A stretch of 56,373 nucleotides of DNA from an uncultured Clostridia bacterium (GCA_947585215.1 CANPWY010000002.1:1-56373); one strand, 5' to 3'. Shown: positions 1 to 9,097, numbered from the stretch's first letter. A program made the numbers and translations. The notes: generated from the letters alone by a model not told the origin.

Positions 1-497
1 GCTATGCGACGCTCAATGCTCACGGCGTTATCCATGTCGTTCTTGAAGTTCTCATCCAGCGTGTTGATCGACCAGGAGACCGTCACCTGACCTAGCTCTT
101 TCAAGAGATTAATATCCCGCAGGACAAGATCGGATTTCGTACAGATCAGGATGTCCGCTCCGCTGCCGCGAAGCTGTTCCAGCAGCTTACGGGTAGCGCC
201 GAAAATTTCCTCCTGTGGATTGTAGCCGTCCGTCACCGAGCCGATTACCACACGTTGCCCAGCATACTTCTGCGGATTTTTAATTTCCGGCCAGTGCTTC
301 ACATCAAGGAAAGTTCCCCATTCCTCCGTATGCCCGGTAAAGCGTTTCATAAACGAAGCATAACAATACTTGCAGGCGTGAGTGCAGCCCACATATGGAT
401 TGACGGAATATCCGCCCACCGGGAGATTGGATTTCGTCATGATGTTTTTTGTCGCGACATCGGCAATCAAAACGCCCTCTTTTTTAATCTCCGACAT
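1..497 (-). CDS. radical SAM protein, 5' part only (3' end runs off the window start)
   Basis: Minus-strand ATG at 497. The N-terminus reads MSEIKKEGVLIADVATKNIMTKSNLPVGGYSVNPYVGCTHACKYCYASF, which carries the CX3CX2C radical SAM motif. It is missing from the ORF track because the frame is open at the window edge. Confidence 0.7.
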   Translation of the reverse strand, partial: MSEIKKEGVLIADVATKNIMTKSNLPVGGYSVNPYVGCTHACKYCYASFMKRFTGHTEEWGTFLDVKHWPEIKNPQKYAGQRVVIGSVTDGYNPQEEIFGATRKLLEQLRGSGADILICTKSDLVLRDINLLKELGQVTVSWSINTLDENFKNDMDNAVSIERRI

Positions 498-531
498 ATG
501 CTCTAGCCTCCGGAATGTTATTTGTTTTATA

Positions 532-738
532 TTATATCTTCGGCAGTCCCGTTTCGCAATCCCCGCACTTTTTAACGATTGCGGCCGGACTCATCGCAAA
601 GCAATTCCTGTAGTGAAGACGTGGGATGGAGGAGATATTGCGTATCTGCGGCGCGCCGTCTTTGTCCACCGTGGCAAAGGCCAGTACGCCGACATATTCC
701 AGTTTTTTCAGACAGGTCTTTGCGTCCATTCCAAGCAC
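532..738 (-). pseudogene. short pyridoxamine 5'-phosphate oxidase-like N-terminal fragment (68 aa), probably truncated
   Basis: VLAFATVDKDGAPQIRN resembles the N-terminus of PNPOx-family proteins. The ORF ends after 68 aa and its tail looks unrelated. It is squeezed between two genes. Confidence 0.3.
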
Positions 739-739
739 C

Positions 740-1318
740 TCATTCGATGATTTTACTGCGTCCCGCTTTTCTCGGCTTTTCCTTGGGATATTCGCCGTCG
801 CAGTATCCGAGTATCACGAAACAGCGGGCGACGTAGTTCTCGGGTATTTCCCACTCCTTCAGGAGCGCCGCGCCTTCATCATTATCAAACGTCTCCTCGC
901 CCCTTGCGATAACGCAGGAGGATATGCCGAGCTCCGCCGCCATCAGCACCATGTTTTCGGCGCAGCAGAAGGCATCCGGGACGCTGTAACGGAAATCTTT
1001 CATTGAAAAGACGGCGCAGACGGCGGGCGCGCCATAGAACCCGCTTTTCATCGTCGGGTCGTCGATGATGCTCGGCTGTTCCGCCGAGACGTACCTTCCG
1101 GCGAGGTTCGAGCGGTCGAACCGCGCGACGTTCAGCCGTCCTATCTTCTCCACGAGCTCCGCGTTCCGAATGCCGAAGATGAGGCTCCGCTGACCGCCTC
1201 CGGCGTTCGGCGCAAACGTCCCTGCCTCGATTATCGTCTCCATATCCTCGCGGGAGATCTGCCTCGTCTGATACTTTCGGATAGAGCGGCGGTATTTCAT
1301 AAGTTCAAACAGTTCCAT
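740..1318 (-). CDS. nitroreductase family protein
   Basis: 192 aa. The N-terminus MELFELMKYRRSIRKYQTRQISREDMETIIEAGTFAPNAGGGQ is the typical nitroreductase signature. Confidence 0.85.
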   Translation of the reverse strand: MELFELMKYRRSIRKYQTRQISREDMETIIEAGTFAPNAGGGQRSLIFGIRNAELVEKIGRLNVARFDRSNLAGRYVSAEQPSIIDDPTMKSGFYGAPAVCAVFSMKDFRYSVPDAFCCAENMVLMAAELGISSCVIARGEETFDNDEGAALLKEWEIPENYVARCFVILGYCDGEYPKEKPRKAGRSKIIE

Positions 1319-1943
1319 TGTCTTTTCCTCCGTCTTCGCAGTTAATTTTCAGATTTCTGAAAAATCCCTCGGTGCCAATATCCACAAAAAGACCCACGGC
1401 CCCATGGGCGAATTCGCCCAGCTTCATATCCCGCACCGTAAGCACCGGCGTTCCGTTGACAAAAAACTGTCCCCGGCAGCCGTGTATCTCCGCCCGGATG
1501 CGGATCCATTCATCCGGCCCGATATCCGCCGGCGCCTCGTATTCGGTTATGCCGTTCTCTCTGAAATACGAGAAAGTATACTTCGGAAATGAAAAATACT
1601 GCACGGCGTGCCGCTTCCTTTCGGGGTCGCCGCATCTTCCGTTTGTTGGGCGGATATAAAACGACTCAAAGCTGTCGTTCCCTTCCGCTATGCGAAAGGC
1701 GATGCCGATAAATCCTCTTGACAAAGCGGGTGCGTCCGGCAGCAGACGGCTGCGCACATCCACTTCGATGCTGCCGTCATGAAAGTCAATGCCGTCTGCT
1801 TTCACATAGCTGTTGGTGTCGTAATCGTGCAGTTTTTCCGTCTTTACAACGCGAAGTACGGGTTCACCGTCGAGCGCCGCAAACTCTGCGCTTGTATGGA
1901 GCGCGGAGAGCTTTGCCTTTGTCAAATCAATCTTACCGTTCAT
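1305..1943 (-). CDS. hypothetical protein, possibly a lectin/glucanase-like (DUF1080-type) fold
   Basis: Start chosen at the internal ATG (MNGKIDL) preceded by GAAAGAAGGAG. 212 aa with no TM segment. The product call is weak. Confidence 0.55.
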   Translation of the reverse strand: MNGKIDLTKAKLSALHTSAEFAALDGEPVLRVVKTEKLHDYDTNSYVKADGIDFHDGSIEVDVRSRLLPDAPALSRGFIGIAFRIAEGNDSFESFYIRPTNGRCGDPERKRHAVQYFSFPKYTFSYFRENGITEYEAPADIGPDEWIRIRAEIHGCRGQFFVNGTPVLTVRDMKLGEFAHGAVGLFVDIGTEGFFRNLKINCEDGGKDNGTV

Positions 1944-1965
1944 AGCTGCTCCTTCTTTCGTACTT

Positions 1966-3000
1966 TCAGATGATTTCCTTCCAGCATTGCGGGTCGGATT
2001 CATAGAAATCTCCGTTTGTTCCCTTTGCCACTGCGGGGCATCCCCGGCAGAATGCTTTCAACTCACATTTCGAGCATTTGCCGAAGCTGTCATACTCCCG
2101 GTACTGCTCCATCTCGCAGATCCACACGTCCGCGAGCCTGTCGCAAAAGACGTTTCCCACCCTGCTCTCCGCCACGCGGCGGCAGGCGTACACGTCGCCG
2201 GTGGGGAGAATGGTGATGTGGCAGTTGCCGCAGTTGCACCCGCCGTAGATCATGCCCTCCTTCGCGCCCTCGGGGATCTTGAAATCTCCTGTCTCGTACT
2301 CGTAGAGCGTCCAGAGGTGGTCCTTTTTGTTGAAGTAGGTCTGACAGCCCTCCGCCTCGTACTCCTTGAACTTCTTATCGCAGACGGCGAGCAGCTCGCG
2401 GTACTCCTGCGGCGTCATGGAGGCGTCCAGATCGCCGCCGCTCGGGACGTAGCGGGAGAATGCAAACACGTTTACCCCCGCCGCCACCACCGCGTCGATA
2501 ATGCCCGGGACTTCCATGCGGTTCGTTTTGGAGACCGTCGTCATAATGACGCTCCGCATCCCGGAGCGGTTGATACAGCCTATCTTTTCCAGCGTGCAGT
2601 CGAAGGAGCCGGGCTTGCGGAACCAGTCGTGCGTCTCGCGGAGACCGTCGAGGGAGAGCTGATACTTTTCACAGCCGTAATACTTCATCTCCCGGCAGAG
2701 CTGATCGTTCAGATGGAACGGGTTGCCCATAATGGTGAATGGGACGTTGTGTTCCTTGAACAGAGCAAGCAGCCGCCAGAAATCCGGGTGCAGGATGGGG
2801 TCGCCGCCGGTGAGATAGAAATAAGGCAGACGTCCATACACCTCGCAGAAGTCGAGACAGTTATAGAAGGTGTCCTCCATCTGCGCCCAGGTCATGGAGT
2901 CCGGCTTTTTGCACACGTCCCCGGAGAAGATATAGCAATGCTTGCACCGCTGGTCGCACTCGTCCGTGATGTGCCACTGAAAAGAAAAATACTGCTTCAT
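1966..3000 (-). CDS. radical SAM/SPASM domain peptide maturase (ACGX-repeat-peptide type suspected)
   Basis: CDQRCKHC is a CX3CX2C motif near the N-terminus. The C-terminal Cys-rich SPASM region reads GGCNCGNCHITILPTGDVYACRR...CSKCELKAFCRGCPA. The gene lies directly downstream of a Cys-rich repeat peptide gene. Confidence 0.9.
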   Translation of the reverse strand: MKQYFSFQWHITDECDQRCKHCYIFSGDVCKKPDSMTWAQMEDTFYNCLDFCEVYGRLPYFYLTGGDPILHPDFWRLLALFKEHNVPFTIMGNPFHLNDQLCREMKYYGCEKYQLSLDGLRETHDWFRKPGSFDCTLEKIGCINRSGMRSVIMTTVSKTNRMEVPGIIDAVVAAGVNVFAFSRYVPSGGDLDASMTPQEYRELLAVCDKKFKEYEAEGCQTYFNKKDHLWTLYEYETGDFKIPEGAKEGMIYGGCNCGNCHITILPTGDVYACRRVAESRVGNVFCDRLADVWICEMEQYREYDSFGKCSKCELKAFCRGCPAVAKGTNGDFYESDPQCWKEII

Positions 3001-3096
3001 CGCAAAGCCCTCACTTCATTATATCAAATCGGCACGGCCGATGAAAGGTTCGGGGGCTTCCGGCGGACAAGCCGCCGGAAACTCCATGGGGTGGAC

Positions 3097-3315
3097 TTAC
3101 TCCGGCTTGTCGGCCGCGCCGCAGGCCGCGGGAGCCTCGGCGGGTTTATCGGCTGCGCCGCAGGCTGTTCCGCAGGCCGCGGGCTTCTTCTCCGGCTTGT
3201 CAGCCGCACCGCAGGCGGCGGGATTCTCCGCAGGCTTGTCGGAAGCGCCGCACGAGGCTCCGCAGGCGGAAGCCGTCTTCTTTTCGGTCCATCCGGCGAG
3301 ATTGGAAAGTGCCAT
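3097..3315 (-). CDS. RiPP precursor candidate, ACGX / CX3D-KP repeat peptide (72 aa)
   Basis: ATG at 3315 preceded by GAGGAGG. Sequence: MALSNLAGWTEKKTASACGASCGASDKPAENPAACGAADKPEKKPAACGTACGAADKPAEAPAACGAADKPE. It has six Cys, four C-x3-D-K-P units, and sits 96 nt upstream of the rSAM/SPASM gene. Confidence 0.7.
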   Translation of the reverse strand: MALSNLAGWTEKKTASACGASCGASDKPAENPAACGAADKPEKKPAACGTACGAADKPAEAPAACGAADKPE

Positions 3316-3403
3316 TTCAGTGTCCTCCTCTGTGAATTCAGGGGGCTTTTGCCTCCTGTACCTACCATTGTACGGATTTTTTCGCCGCGCACAAGTACGC
3401 ACT

Positions 3404-3433
3404 TTTTTATGGGGATACGCACCTTTTTGTAAC
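3404..3433. repeat. 30-bp repeat copy 1 (TTTTTATGGGGATACGCACCTTTTTGTAAC)
   Basis: Identical 30-mer also at 4009-4038. This copy lies between the divergent precursor gene (minus) and the 3564 gene (plus). Confidence 0.8.
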
Positions 3434-3563
3434 CTTTGCGCGTTTGCGGACTTTATAAAATGTCCCATATTGCGTTTTCACAGATGCTGTGGCATAATGT
3501 GAGTACGGTATCCCTTTTTGAAGCGGCGTATGATTTCGAAAGACGGCTGAACGAGGTGACAGT

Positions 3564-3974
3564 ATGCTGAAAACCGACGGGCGAATTACAAGCTGCACGA
3601 TTTCATGGGAAAGTGCCGAGGACATTCTGAGCGTGGTAACGCGGGTGCTTCCGAAGGAGATCCAGGTCAGATTTTACAACGGCCGTGAGCTCATGTTCGG
3701 GAAAATCTGGCCGCTTTCCGAGCCGGAGAAGCAGACTTTATTTAATGTGCTTTACAAATGTCTTGAAGATTGGGACAGCGACAGTTACGCTTCCGATACG
3801 TCTGACAGATTACATTGGCAGTTCAAGATCTGCACAAAAGGGGACTGTCTCAGAACCGTCACCGGCGGCGAGCTGCCTCCGCCGCATGGCGGCGAAATCA
3901 AGGAGATACTCGCCGGAATCATCGGCGAGGAAAACATATATTTCTTTGACTGCCGCGCCCCGATCTTCCGGTGA
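3564..3974 (+). CDS. hypothetical protein (136 aa)
   Basis: Intact ORF flanked by the two 30-bp repeat copies. No recognisable motif. Confidence 0.5.
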   Translation: MLKTDGRITSCTISWESAEDILSVVTRVLPKEIQVRFYNGRELMFGKIWPLSEPEKQTLFNVLYKCLEDWDSDSYASDTSDRLHWQFKICTKGDCLRTVTGGELPPPHGGEIKEILAGIIGEENIYFFDCRAPIFR

Positions 3975-4008
3975 AAAGCGTCAAATGACGGCGCCGCGGA
4001 AAGACGTA

Positions 4009-4038
4009 TTTTTATGGGGATACGCACCTTTTTGTAAC
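4009..4038. repeat. 30-bp repeat copy 2
   Basis: Identical to 3404-3433. Lies immediately upstream of the predicted hxlR-type promoter. Confidence 0.8.
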
Positions 4039-4041
4039 TAC

Positions 4042-4070
4042 TTGACGGGAGAGGAATAATACATTAAAAT
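4042..4070 (+). promoter_or_regulatory. sigma-70-like promoter for the HxlR-family gene
   Basis: TTGACG (4042-4047), 17-nt spacer, TAAAAT (4065-4070). Located 38 nt upstream of the ATG at 4108. Confidence 0.5.
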
Positions 4071-4107
4071 CAGATGTAACATCAGATTTCAATGCAGGAG
4101 GCGCTCT

Positions 4108-4440
4108 ATGAAAACGAAAGCCGAGCTCATCCCCGAATGCCCCGTCGCGGCGACCGTTCAGCTCATCGGCAACAAGTGGAAGCTTCTGATAATACGGAAC
4201 TTGCTCGACCGGCCGTGGCGCTTCAACGAGCTTCAGCGTTCTCTCGAAGGGGTCAGCCAGAAGGTACTTACGGACAGTCTTCGCTCCATGGAGGCGGACG
4301 GAATAATTACCCGCACCGTCTACCCCGAGGTGCCGCCGAGAGTGGAGTATGCGCTGTCCGAGCTGGGCGAGTCGCTGAAGCCAATACTCGACGCCATGAG
4401 AGCGTGGGGCGAGGAATACAAAAAAGATTATAAGTTTTAG
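4108..4440 (+). CDS. HxlR family winged-helix transcriptional regulator
   Basis: CPVAATVQLIGNKWKLLIIRNLL...RFNELQRSL.GVSQKVLTDSLRSMEADGII.R.VYPEVPPRVEY.LSELG is the canonical HxlR pattern. Confidence 0.9.
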   Translation: MKTKAELIPECPVAATVQLIGNKWKLLIIRNLLDRPWRFNELQRSLEGVSQKVLTDSLRSMEADGIITRTVYPEVPPRVEYALSELGESLKPILDAMRAWGEEYKKDYKF

Positions 4441-4800
4441 GGAAATGTTGTTGCTGACAGCACCCCCTGATAGCATTTTGATAGCAGAAAGTTGGATACC
4501 CCATAGGATGTGGATAGCACATATCAAATCGAACCAGATGGAACAAAACCCACTACACAAAAAAGTTTAGAAGCAGCTTTCATTTGGCGAGTGGGAATAA
4601 CACCCATGGCTAAAAGATGCTCGAAAACCCGCATAAACACCGGGCTTTCGGGTATCTTGCTTTTTGAAAATCTTTTTTATTTACAACACTTTTGCAACAG
4701 GTTGGAAGAAAAGAGCTTTTAGACCGGTGGAATCGTTCCGGGCAATTCTGAGGTGCTGCAAGGCAGAACTGCAGCAGCTTGATTTTTGTGCAAAATTGCC

Positions 4801-4830
4801 TTGGCCAAAAACCGAAATATCTGATATACT
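4801..4830 (+). promoter_or_regulatory. putative promoter of the MATE leader
   Basis: TTGGCC, 18-nt spacer, TATACT (4825-4830). Confidence 0.4.
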
Positions 4831-4850
4831 ACACGTAGTGCGCGGCCGAA

Positions 4851-4889
4851 ACGGCGTAAGTCCAGCTTTGGGACTTACGCCGTTTTTTT
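4851..4889 (+). terminator. intrinsic terminator or attenuator hairpin in the MATE 5' leader
   Basis: ACGGCGTAAGTCC / loop AGCTTTG / GGACTTACGCCGT followed by TTTTTT. It ends 24 nt before the ATG at 4913. Confidence 0.6.
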
Positions 4890-4912
4890 GCGCTTATTAA
4901 GGAGGTTTTACG

Positions 4913-6358
4913 ATGGAAGAAAATCAGTCTTATCTCGCCACGGAAAAGGTGAGCAAGCTCATGGGCAAATATGCCGTGCCCTGCATTATTTCACTGCTGG
5001 TCGGCGCTCTTTACAACATCGTCGATCAAATTTTCATTGCCAATGCAAGTTATCTCGGCTCATACGGCAACGCCGCCAATACGGTGGTGTTTCCCCTCAC
5101 GGTCATTGCTCTGGCGATCGCCGTTATGATAGGTGACGGATGCTGTGCATTTGTCAGCCTGAACCTCGGACTGGGCAACAGAGAAGCGGCGGCGGGCAGT
5201 GTCGGACTTTCGGTGTTGATGACTCTCGTTAGCAGCGTTTTTCTCTGCGCCGTATATCTTCTTTTTCAGGAGCCAATCATCGCCGTGTTCGGAGGAACCG
5301 TGAACGAGGAGACTTTTGCGCTTTCAAAAGAATATTTCTTCTATATTGCGCTTGGCATTCCCTTTTATATGTTCGGGCAGGCGATGAATCCCGTCATCCG
5401 AGCAGACGGGAGCCCGAAATTTGCCATGGCTTCCACACTGCTCGGCGCTGTTCTGAATATCATTCTCGATCCGATTTTCATTTTCTGTTTCCGCTGGGGC
5501 ATGATGGGCGCCGCCGTCGCCACGGTGATCGGACAGATCGCGACGGCTCTGCTTTCCCTTTGGTATCTTCTGCATATGAAGTCAGTCAAATTATCAAGGC
5601 ACGCTTTTCGCCCGAATAAGAAAATCGCAGGACGTACGCTGTCACTGGGAATTTGCAGCTTCCTCTCGCAAATATCTCTGGTCGCGGCAATGGCAGCCAT
5701 CAATAATATGGTCCGCAAGTACGGCGCGCTGGATCCCGTATTCGGACAGGCGGCCTATGCGCAGATCCCGATGGCGGTCGTGGGGATCGTCATGAAGGTG
5801 TTTCAAATCGTTATCTCCATAGTCATCGGCATGGCGGCGGGGTGTATTCCGGTTGTGGGATATAACATGGGCGCGGGTCGTCAGGCCCGGGTCAAACGGC
5901 TTTTTTCATACCTGCTCATCTGCGAAGCGGCCGTCGGCTTGATCGCCCTGCTGGTGGTGGAGCTTCTGCCTCGCCGGCTGATCGGCATTTTCGGCTCGGC
6001 AAACGAAAGCATCTACTACACGGAATTTGCAGTCAAAGCCTTTCGGATCTACCTGTGCATGATCGTTTTTGCATGTCTCAACAAGGCAACCTTTATTTTC
6101 CTTCAGGCGATGGGAAGGGCTGTTGCCTCGACGATGCTCTCCATGATCCGTGAAATCGTATTCGGCGTAGGCTTTGCGCTCCTGCTGCCGCTGTTTTTCG
6201 GACTTGACGGCGTGCTGTATTCCATGCCGGTTTCCGATATTTTGACTGCCGCTGTCTCCGCTGTTATTATTGCTTCAACCTATAAACAGCTGTCCCGCAA
6301 GCAGGGGACAGATCCTCTTGCCGTACACGGCGAGGCAGAGACACAAAAGAGCTGTTAA
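4913..6358 (+). CDS. MATE family efflux transporter
   Basis: 481 aa, about 12 TM segments. The N-terminus KLMGKYAVPCIISLLVGALYNIVDQIFI is typical of MATE/MatE proteins. RBS AAGGAGG at 4899-4905. Confidence 0.9.
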   Translation: MEENQSYLATEKVSKLMGKYAVPCIISLLVGALYNIVDQIFIANASYLGSYGNAANTVVFPLTVIALAIAVMIGDGCCAFVSLNLGLGNREAAAGSVGLSVLMTLVSSVFLCAVYLLFQEPIIAVFGGTVNEETFALSKEYFFYIALGIPFYMFGQAMNPVIRADGSPKFAMASTLLGAVLNIILDPIFIFCFRWGMMGAAVATVIGQIATALLSLWYLLHMKSVKLSRHAFRPNKKIAGRTLSLGICSFLSQISLVAAMAAINNMVRKYGALDPVFGQAAYAQIPMAVVGIVMKVFQIVISIVIGMAAGCIPVVGYNMGAGRQARVKRLFSYLLICEAAVGLIALLVVELLPRRLIGIFGSANESIYYTEFAVKAFRIYLCMIVFACLNKATFIFLQAMGRAVASTMLSMIREIVFGVGFALLLPLFFGLDGVLYSMPVSDILTAAVSAVIIASTYKQLSRKQGTDPLAVHGEAETQKSC

Positions 6359-6534
6359 GCATCAAGGAGGAATGCCGTCTCTTGTTCTTCTGAGCGAAAT
6401 TGCTATATATGGCATCATCGGTGACATATCTGCATCGGCGGAGCAAAGTCCCGCGGGCGGCGCTTTACAAAAGCAGCGCGGCGTGGTAGAATTCATTGGG
6501 TTCTAAATTTCGTGAATTTTCATGAAAGGAGTCG

Positions 6535-8028
6535 GTGCGGGTGGTATTCAACAGCGTGGATTTCCTCATATTTTTCCCCGTGGTGTGCCTTGTGTACTTT
6601 ATTATCCCGCGACGCGCCCGCAACGTATGGCTCCTGCTTGCAAGCTACTACTTCTACATGTCCTGGAACCCCAAATACGCCCTGCTTATTCTGGCCTCCA
6701 CCGCTGTCACCTACCTCAGCGGCATTTTCATCGGTTGGGCGGGGACGAAGGAGGCGCGCCGGGCGAGAGCGCTCAAACGTCTCTTCCTTGTGCTGTCCTT
6801 TGGGGTGAATTTGGCGATCTTGTGTGTCTTTAAGTATCTGGGCTTCTTCCTGGACACTGTTGCCGCCCTGCTTGGAGCGGTGGGAATTGATATGAAGGTT
6901 CCCGCTCTGGACATCCTGCTGCCCGTGGGCATCTCTTTCTATACCTTTCAGGCGCTTAGCTACACCGCCGACGTGTACGCCGGAAAGCTGACGCCCAGAC
7001 GGAATTTTATCACCTACGCCCTCTATGTCTCCTTCTTCCCTCAGCTGGTGGCGGGACCCATCGAGCGCTCCGACCACCTGTTGGAGCAGCTGGAGCGGCC
7101 CCGGAGCTTTGACTACCTGCGCGCCCGGGAGGGACTTTTGCGGATGGCGTGGGGCCTGTTCCAGAAGGTCGTGGTGGCCGACCGGGCGGCCGTCTTCGTG
7201 GACGCCGTTTTCGCCTCCCCCGGAGCCGCCCCCGGCAGTGTTGCGGGGACAGCTATGGTGTTCTTCTTTATCCAGATATACTGCGACTTCGGCGGCTACT
7301 CAAACATCGCCATCGGCGCCGCTCAGGTGCTGGGGGTGGAGCTCATCGAGAACTTCCGCCAGCCTTGGCTCGCCGTCTCCATCCGGGACTTCTGGCGGCG
7401 GTGGCATATCTCTCTGTCCACCTGGTTCCGGGACTATGTGTACATACCCTTGGGCGGGAGCCGGAGAGGAAAGGTGCGGAAGTGGCTCAACACCGTCACC
7501 GTCTTCCTGCTCAGCGGCCTGTGGCACGGGGCGCAGTGGCACTTCGTGGCATGGGGTCTTCTCCACGGCGTCTATCAGGTGGCGGGTGACATGACCGACG
7601 GCCCGCGCCGCCGCATCCGCGCCGCTTTGCGGATACGGGAGGACGGCGCCCTCCACCGGGTCTGCGCCGTGGCGGTCACCTTCATTCTGACCACCGCCGC
7701 CTTCTGCGTCTTCCGCGCCGGCTCCGTCCGGGAGGCGGCGCTGATGCTCCGCTCGCTTTTCACCGATTTTGGCCCGAAGGCTCTTTTGTCCGGGCAGATA
7801 TTGGAGTTTGGGCTGGACAAATGGGATCTTGCGGTGTTTGCATGCTCCGTGGCGGCGCTCATGGCGGTGGACCTTCTCAACGAGCGGCGACCCGTTTGGC
7901 CGCTTCTGGAGCGGCAGGTACTGCCCGTTCGGTGGGTCTGCTATCTGGCGCTTATCTTCGCCGTCCTTATATTCGGCGTCTACGGTCCCGGGTACGACGC
8001 CGCAAGCTTCATCTATTTTGCGTTTTAG
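6535..8028 (+). CDS. MBOAT family O-acyltransferase (AlgI/DltB-like)
   Basis: VFNSVDFLIFFPVV N-terminus, multi-TM, and conserved FWRRWHISLSTWFRDYVYIPLGGSR plus the WHG motif. The start may be the GTG at 6541. Confidence 0.9.
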   Translation: MRVVFNSVDFLIFFPVVCLVYFIIPRRARNVWLLLASYYFYMSWNPKYALLILASTAVTYLSGIFIGWAGTKEARRARALKRLFLVLSFGVNLAILCVFKYLGFFLDTVAALLGAVGIDMKVPALDILLPVGISFYTFQALSYTADVYAGKLTPRRNFITYALYVSFFPQLVAGPIERSDHLLEQLERPRSFDYLRAREGLLRMAWGLFQKVVVADRAAVFVDAVFASPGAAPGSVAGTAMVFFFIQIYCDFGGYSNIAIGAAQVLGVELIENFRQPWLAVSIRDFWRRWHISLSTWFRDYVYIPLGGSRRGKVRKWLNTVTVFLLSGLWHGAQWHFVAWGLLHGVYQVAGDMTDGPRRRIRAALRIREDGALHRVCAVAVTFILTTAAFCVFRAGSVREAALMLRSLFTDFGPKALLSGQILEFGLDKWDLAVFACSVAALMAVDLLNERRPVWPLLERQVLPVRWVCYLALIFAVLIFGVYGPGYDAASFIYFAF

Positions 8029-8083
8029 CCCCGGAAGCCGCGGTATACAATGAGTCCTGATTTTTACAAAGGGAGGGGAGACT

Positions 8084-9097
8084 ATGGAAAAGGGAAAGAG
8101 CCGCAGGGCGGTACGGTGCATAGAGGCGCTGGCGTTCCTGCTGATTTTCGTACTTCTCCTCGCCTTTGTCTCCGACGCTCTGCGGGGGCGGGACAGGCCG
8201 GAGTTCTACTCCGAGAGGAAAAACAGTCTGGACGTGCTGTTCCTCGGCTCCTCTCACATGCTCAACGGCGTCTCGCCCATGGAGCTGTGGCACCGGTGCG
8301 GCATAGCCTCCTGCAACCTCTCGGAGAACGGACAGCTCCTGCCCGTCACCTACTACGTACTGCAGGACGCCCTCGACCGCCAAAGCCCAAAGCTGGTGGT
8401 GCTGGACGTGTACAAGGTCATTCAGGACACATTATATGATGAGAAGAGCTATCTTCACACGAGTCTGGACGGCATGCCCTTGGGACTCGGAAAGCTCCGA
8501 GCCGTATACGGTCTCCTGCCCGCCGGGGAGAGAACGGAGTTCCTCTTCGACATCGTCCTCTACCACGACAGATGGAAGGAGTTGGGAAGCCTCGAGCGGG
8601 AGGAGCGGGATCCGGACTTCAAGGGCTACAGCCCCCTCTACACCACGGAGACACATGAGGGATTTCAGATCCTCCCCGAGAGCGACACGTCCGCGCCGCC
8701 CGAAATCCCCGTGGACTACCTCCGAAAAATTGTGGAGCTTTGCCGGGAGCGGGAAGCGGAGCTTCTCCTCGTCGCCACTCCTTTCACCACGCCCGTCCCA
8801 GACGACATGGACAGGCAGCAGCGGGTCAACGCCGTGAAGGAGCTGGCGGAGCAGTGGGACGTGCCCTTTGTGAACATGATGCACTCTCTGGACGAGATGG
8901 ATTTCGATTTGAACGAGGACCTTGCGGACACCTACCACGCCAACGTCTCCGGCATGAAGAAGATAACAGACTTCCTCGGACGGTACATCTCCGAGCGCTA
9001 TGACATCCCCGACCGCCGTGGGGAGCGGGATTACGCCGCCTGGGACGAGACGTACATACGATACGCAGAAAAGCTCGAAAAACTTGAGGATGAATGA
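8084..9097 (+). CDS. membrane-anchored SGNH/GDSL-like protein, likely partner of the MBOAT acyltransferase
   Basis: N-terminal TM helix, block I LFLGSSH, C-terminal DTYHAN (DxxH). Adjacent to and co-oriented with the MBOAT gene. Confidence 0.6.
   Translation: MEKGKSRRAVRCIEALAFLLIFVLLLAFVSDALRGRDRPEFYSERKNSLDVLFLGSSHMLNGVSPMELWHRCGIASCNLSENGQLLPVTYYVLQDALDRQSPKLVVLDVYKVIQDTLYDEKSYLHTSLDGMPLGLGKLRAVYGLLPAGERTEFLFDIVLYHDRWKELGSLEREERDPDFKGYSPLYTTETHEGFQILPESDTSAPPEIPVDYLRKIVELCREREAELLLVATPFTTPVPDDMDRQQRVNAVKELAEQWDVPFVNMMHSLDEMDFDLNEDLADTYHANVSGMKKITDFLGRYISERYDIPDRRGERDYAAWDETYIRYAEKLEKLEDE

Noticed and set aside
1966-3000. The rSAM/SPASM enzyme as maturase for the 15-gene GG-peptide array
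   Set aside because: It lies 18 kb away on the opposite strand, separated by unrelated transport and glycosidase genes, and has its own adjacent precursor. No link is visible from the sequence, though it cannot be formally excluded.
1987-3432. 481-aa plus-strand ORF overlapping the rSAM/SPASM gene, and the 3041-3502 ORF with GLSAAPQAAG repeats
   Set aside because: These are shadow ORFs typical of GC-rich DNA. They have Arg/Ala/Gly-rich composition and no RBS. The opposite strand encodes proteins with clear radical SAM/SPASM motifs and an RBS-preceded precursor peptide.
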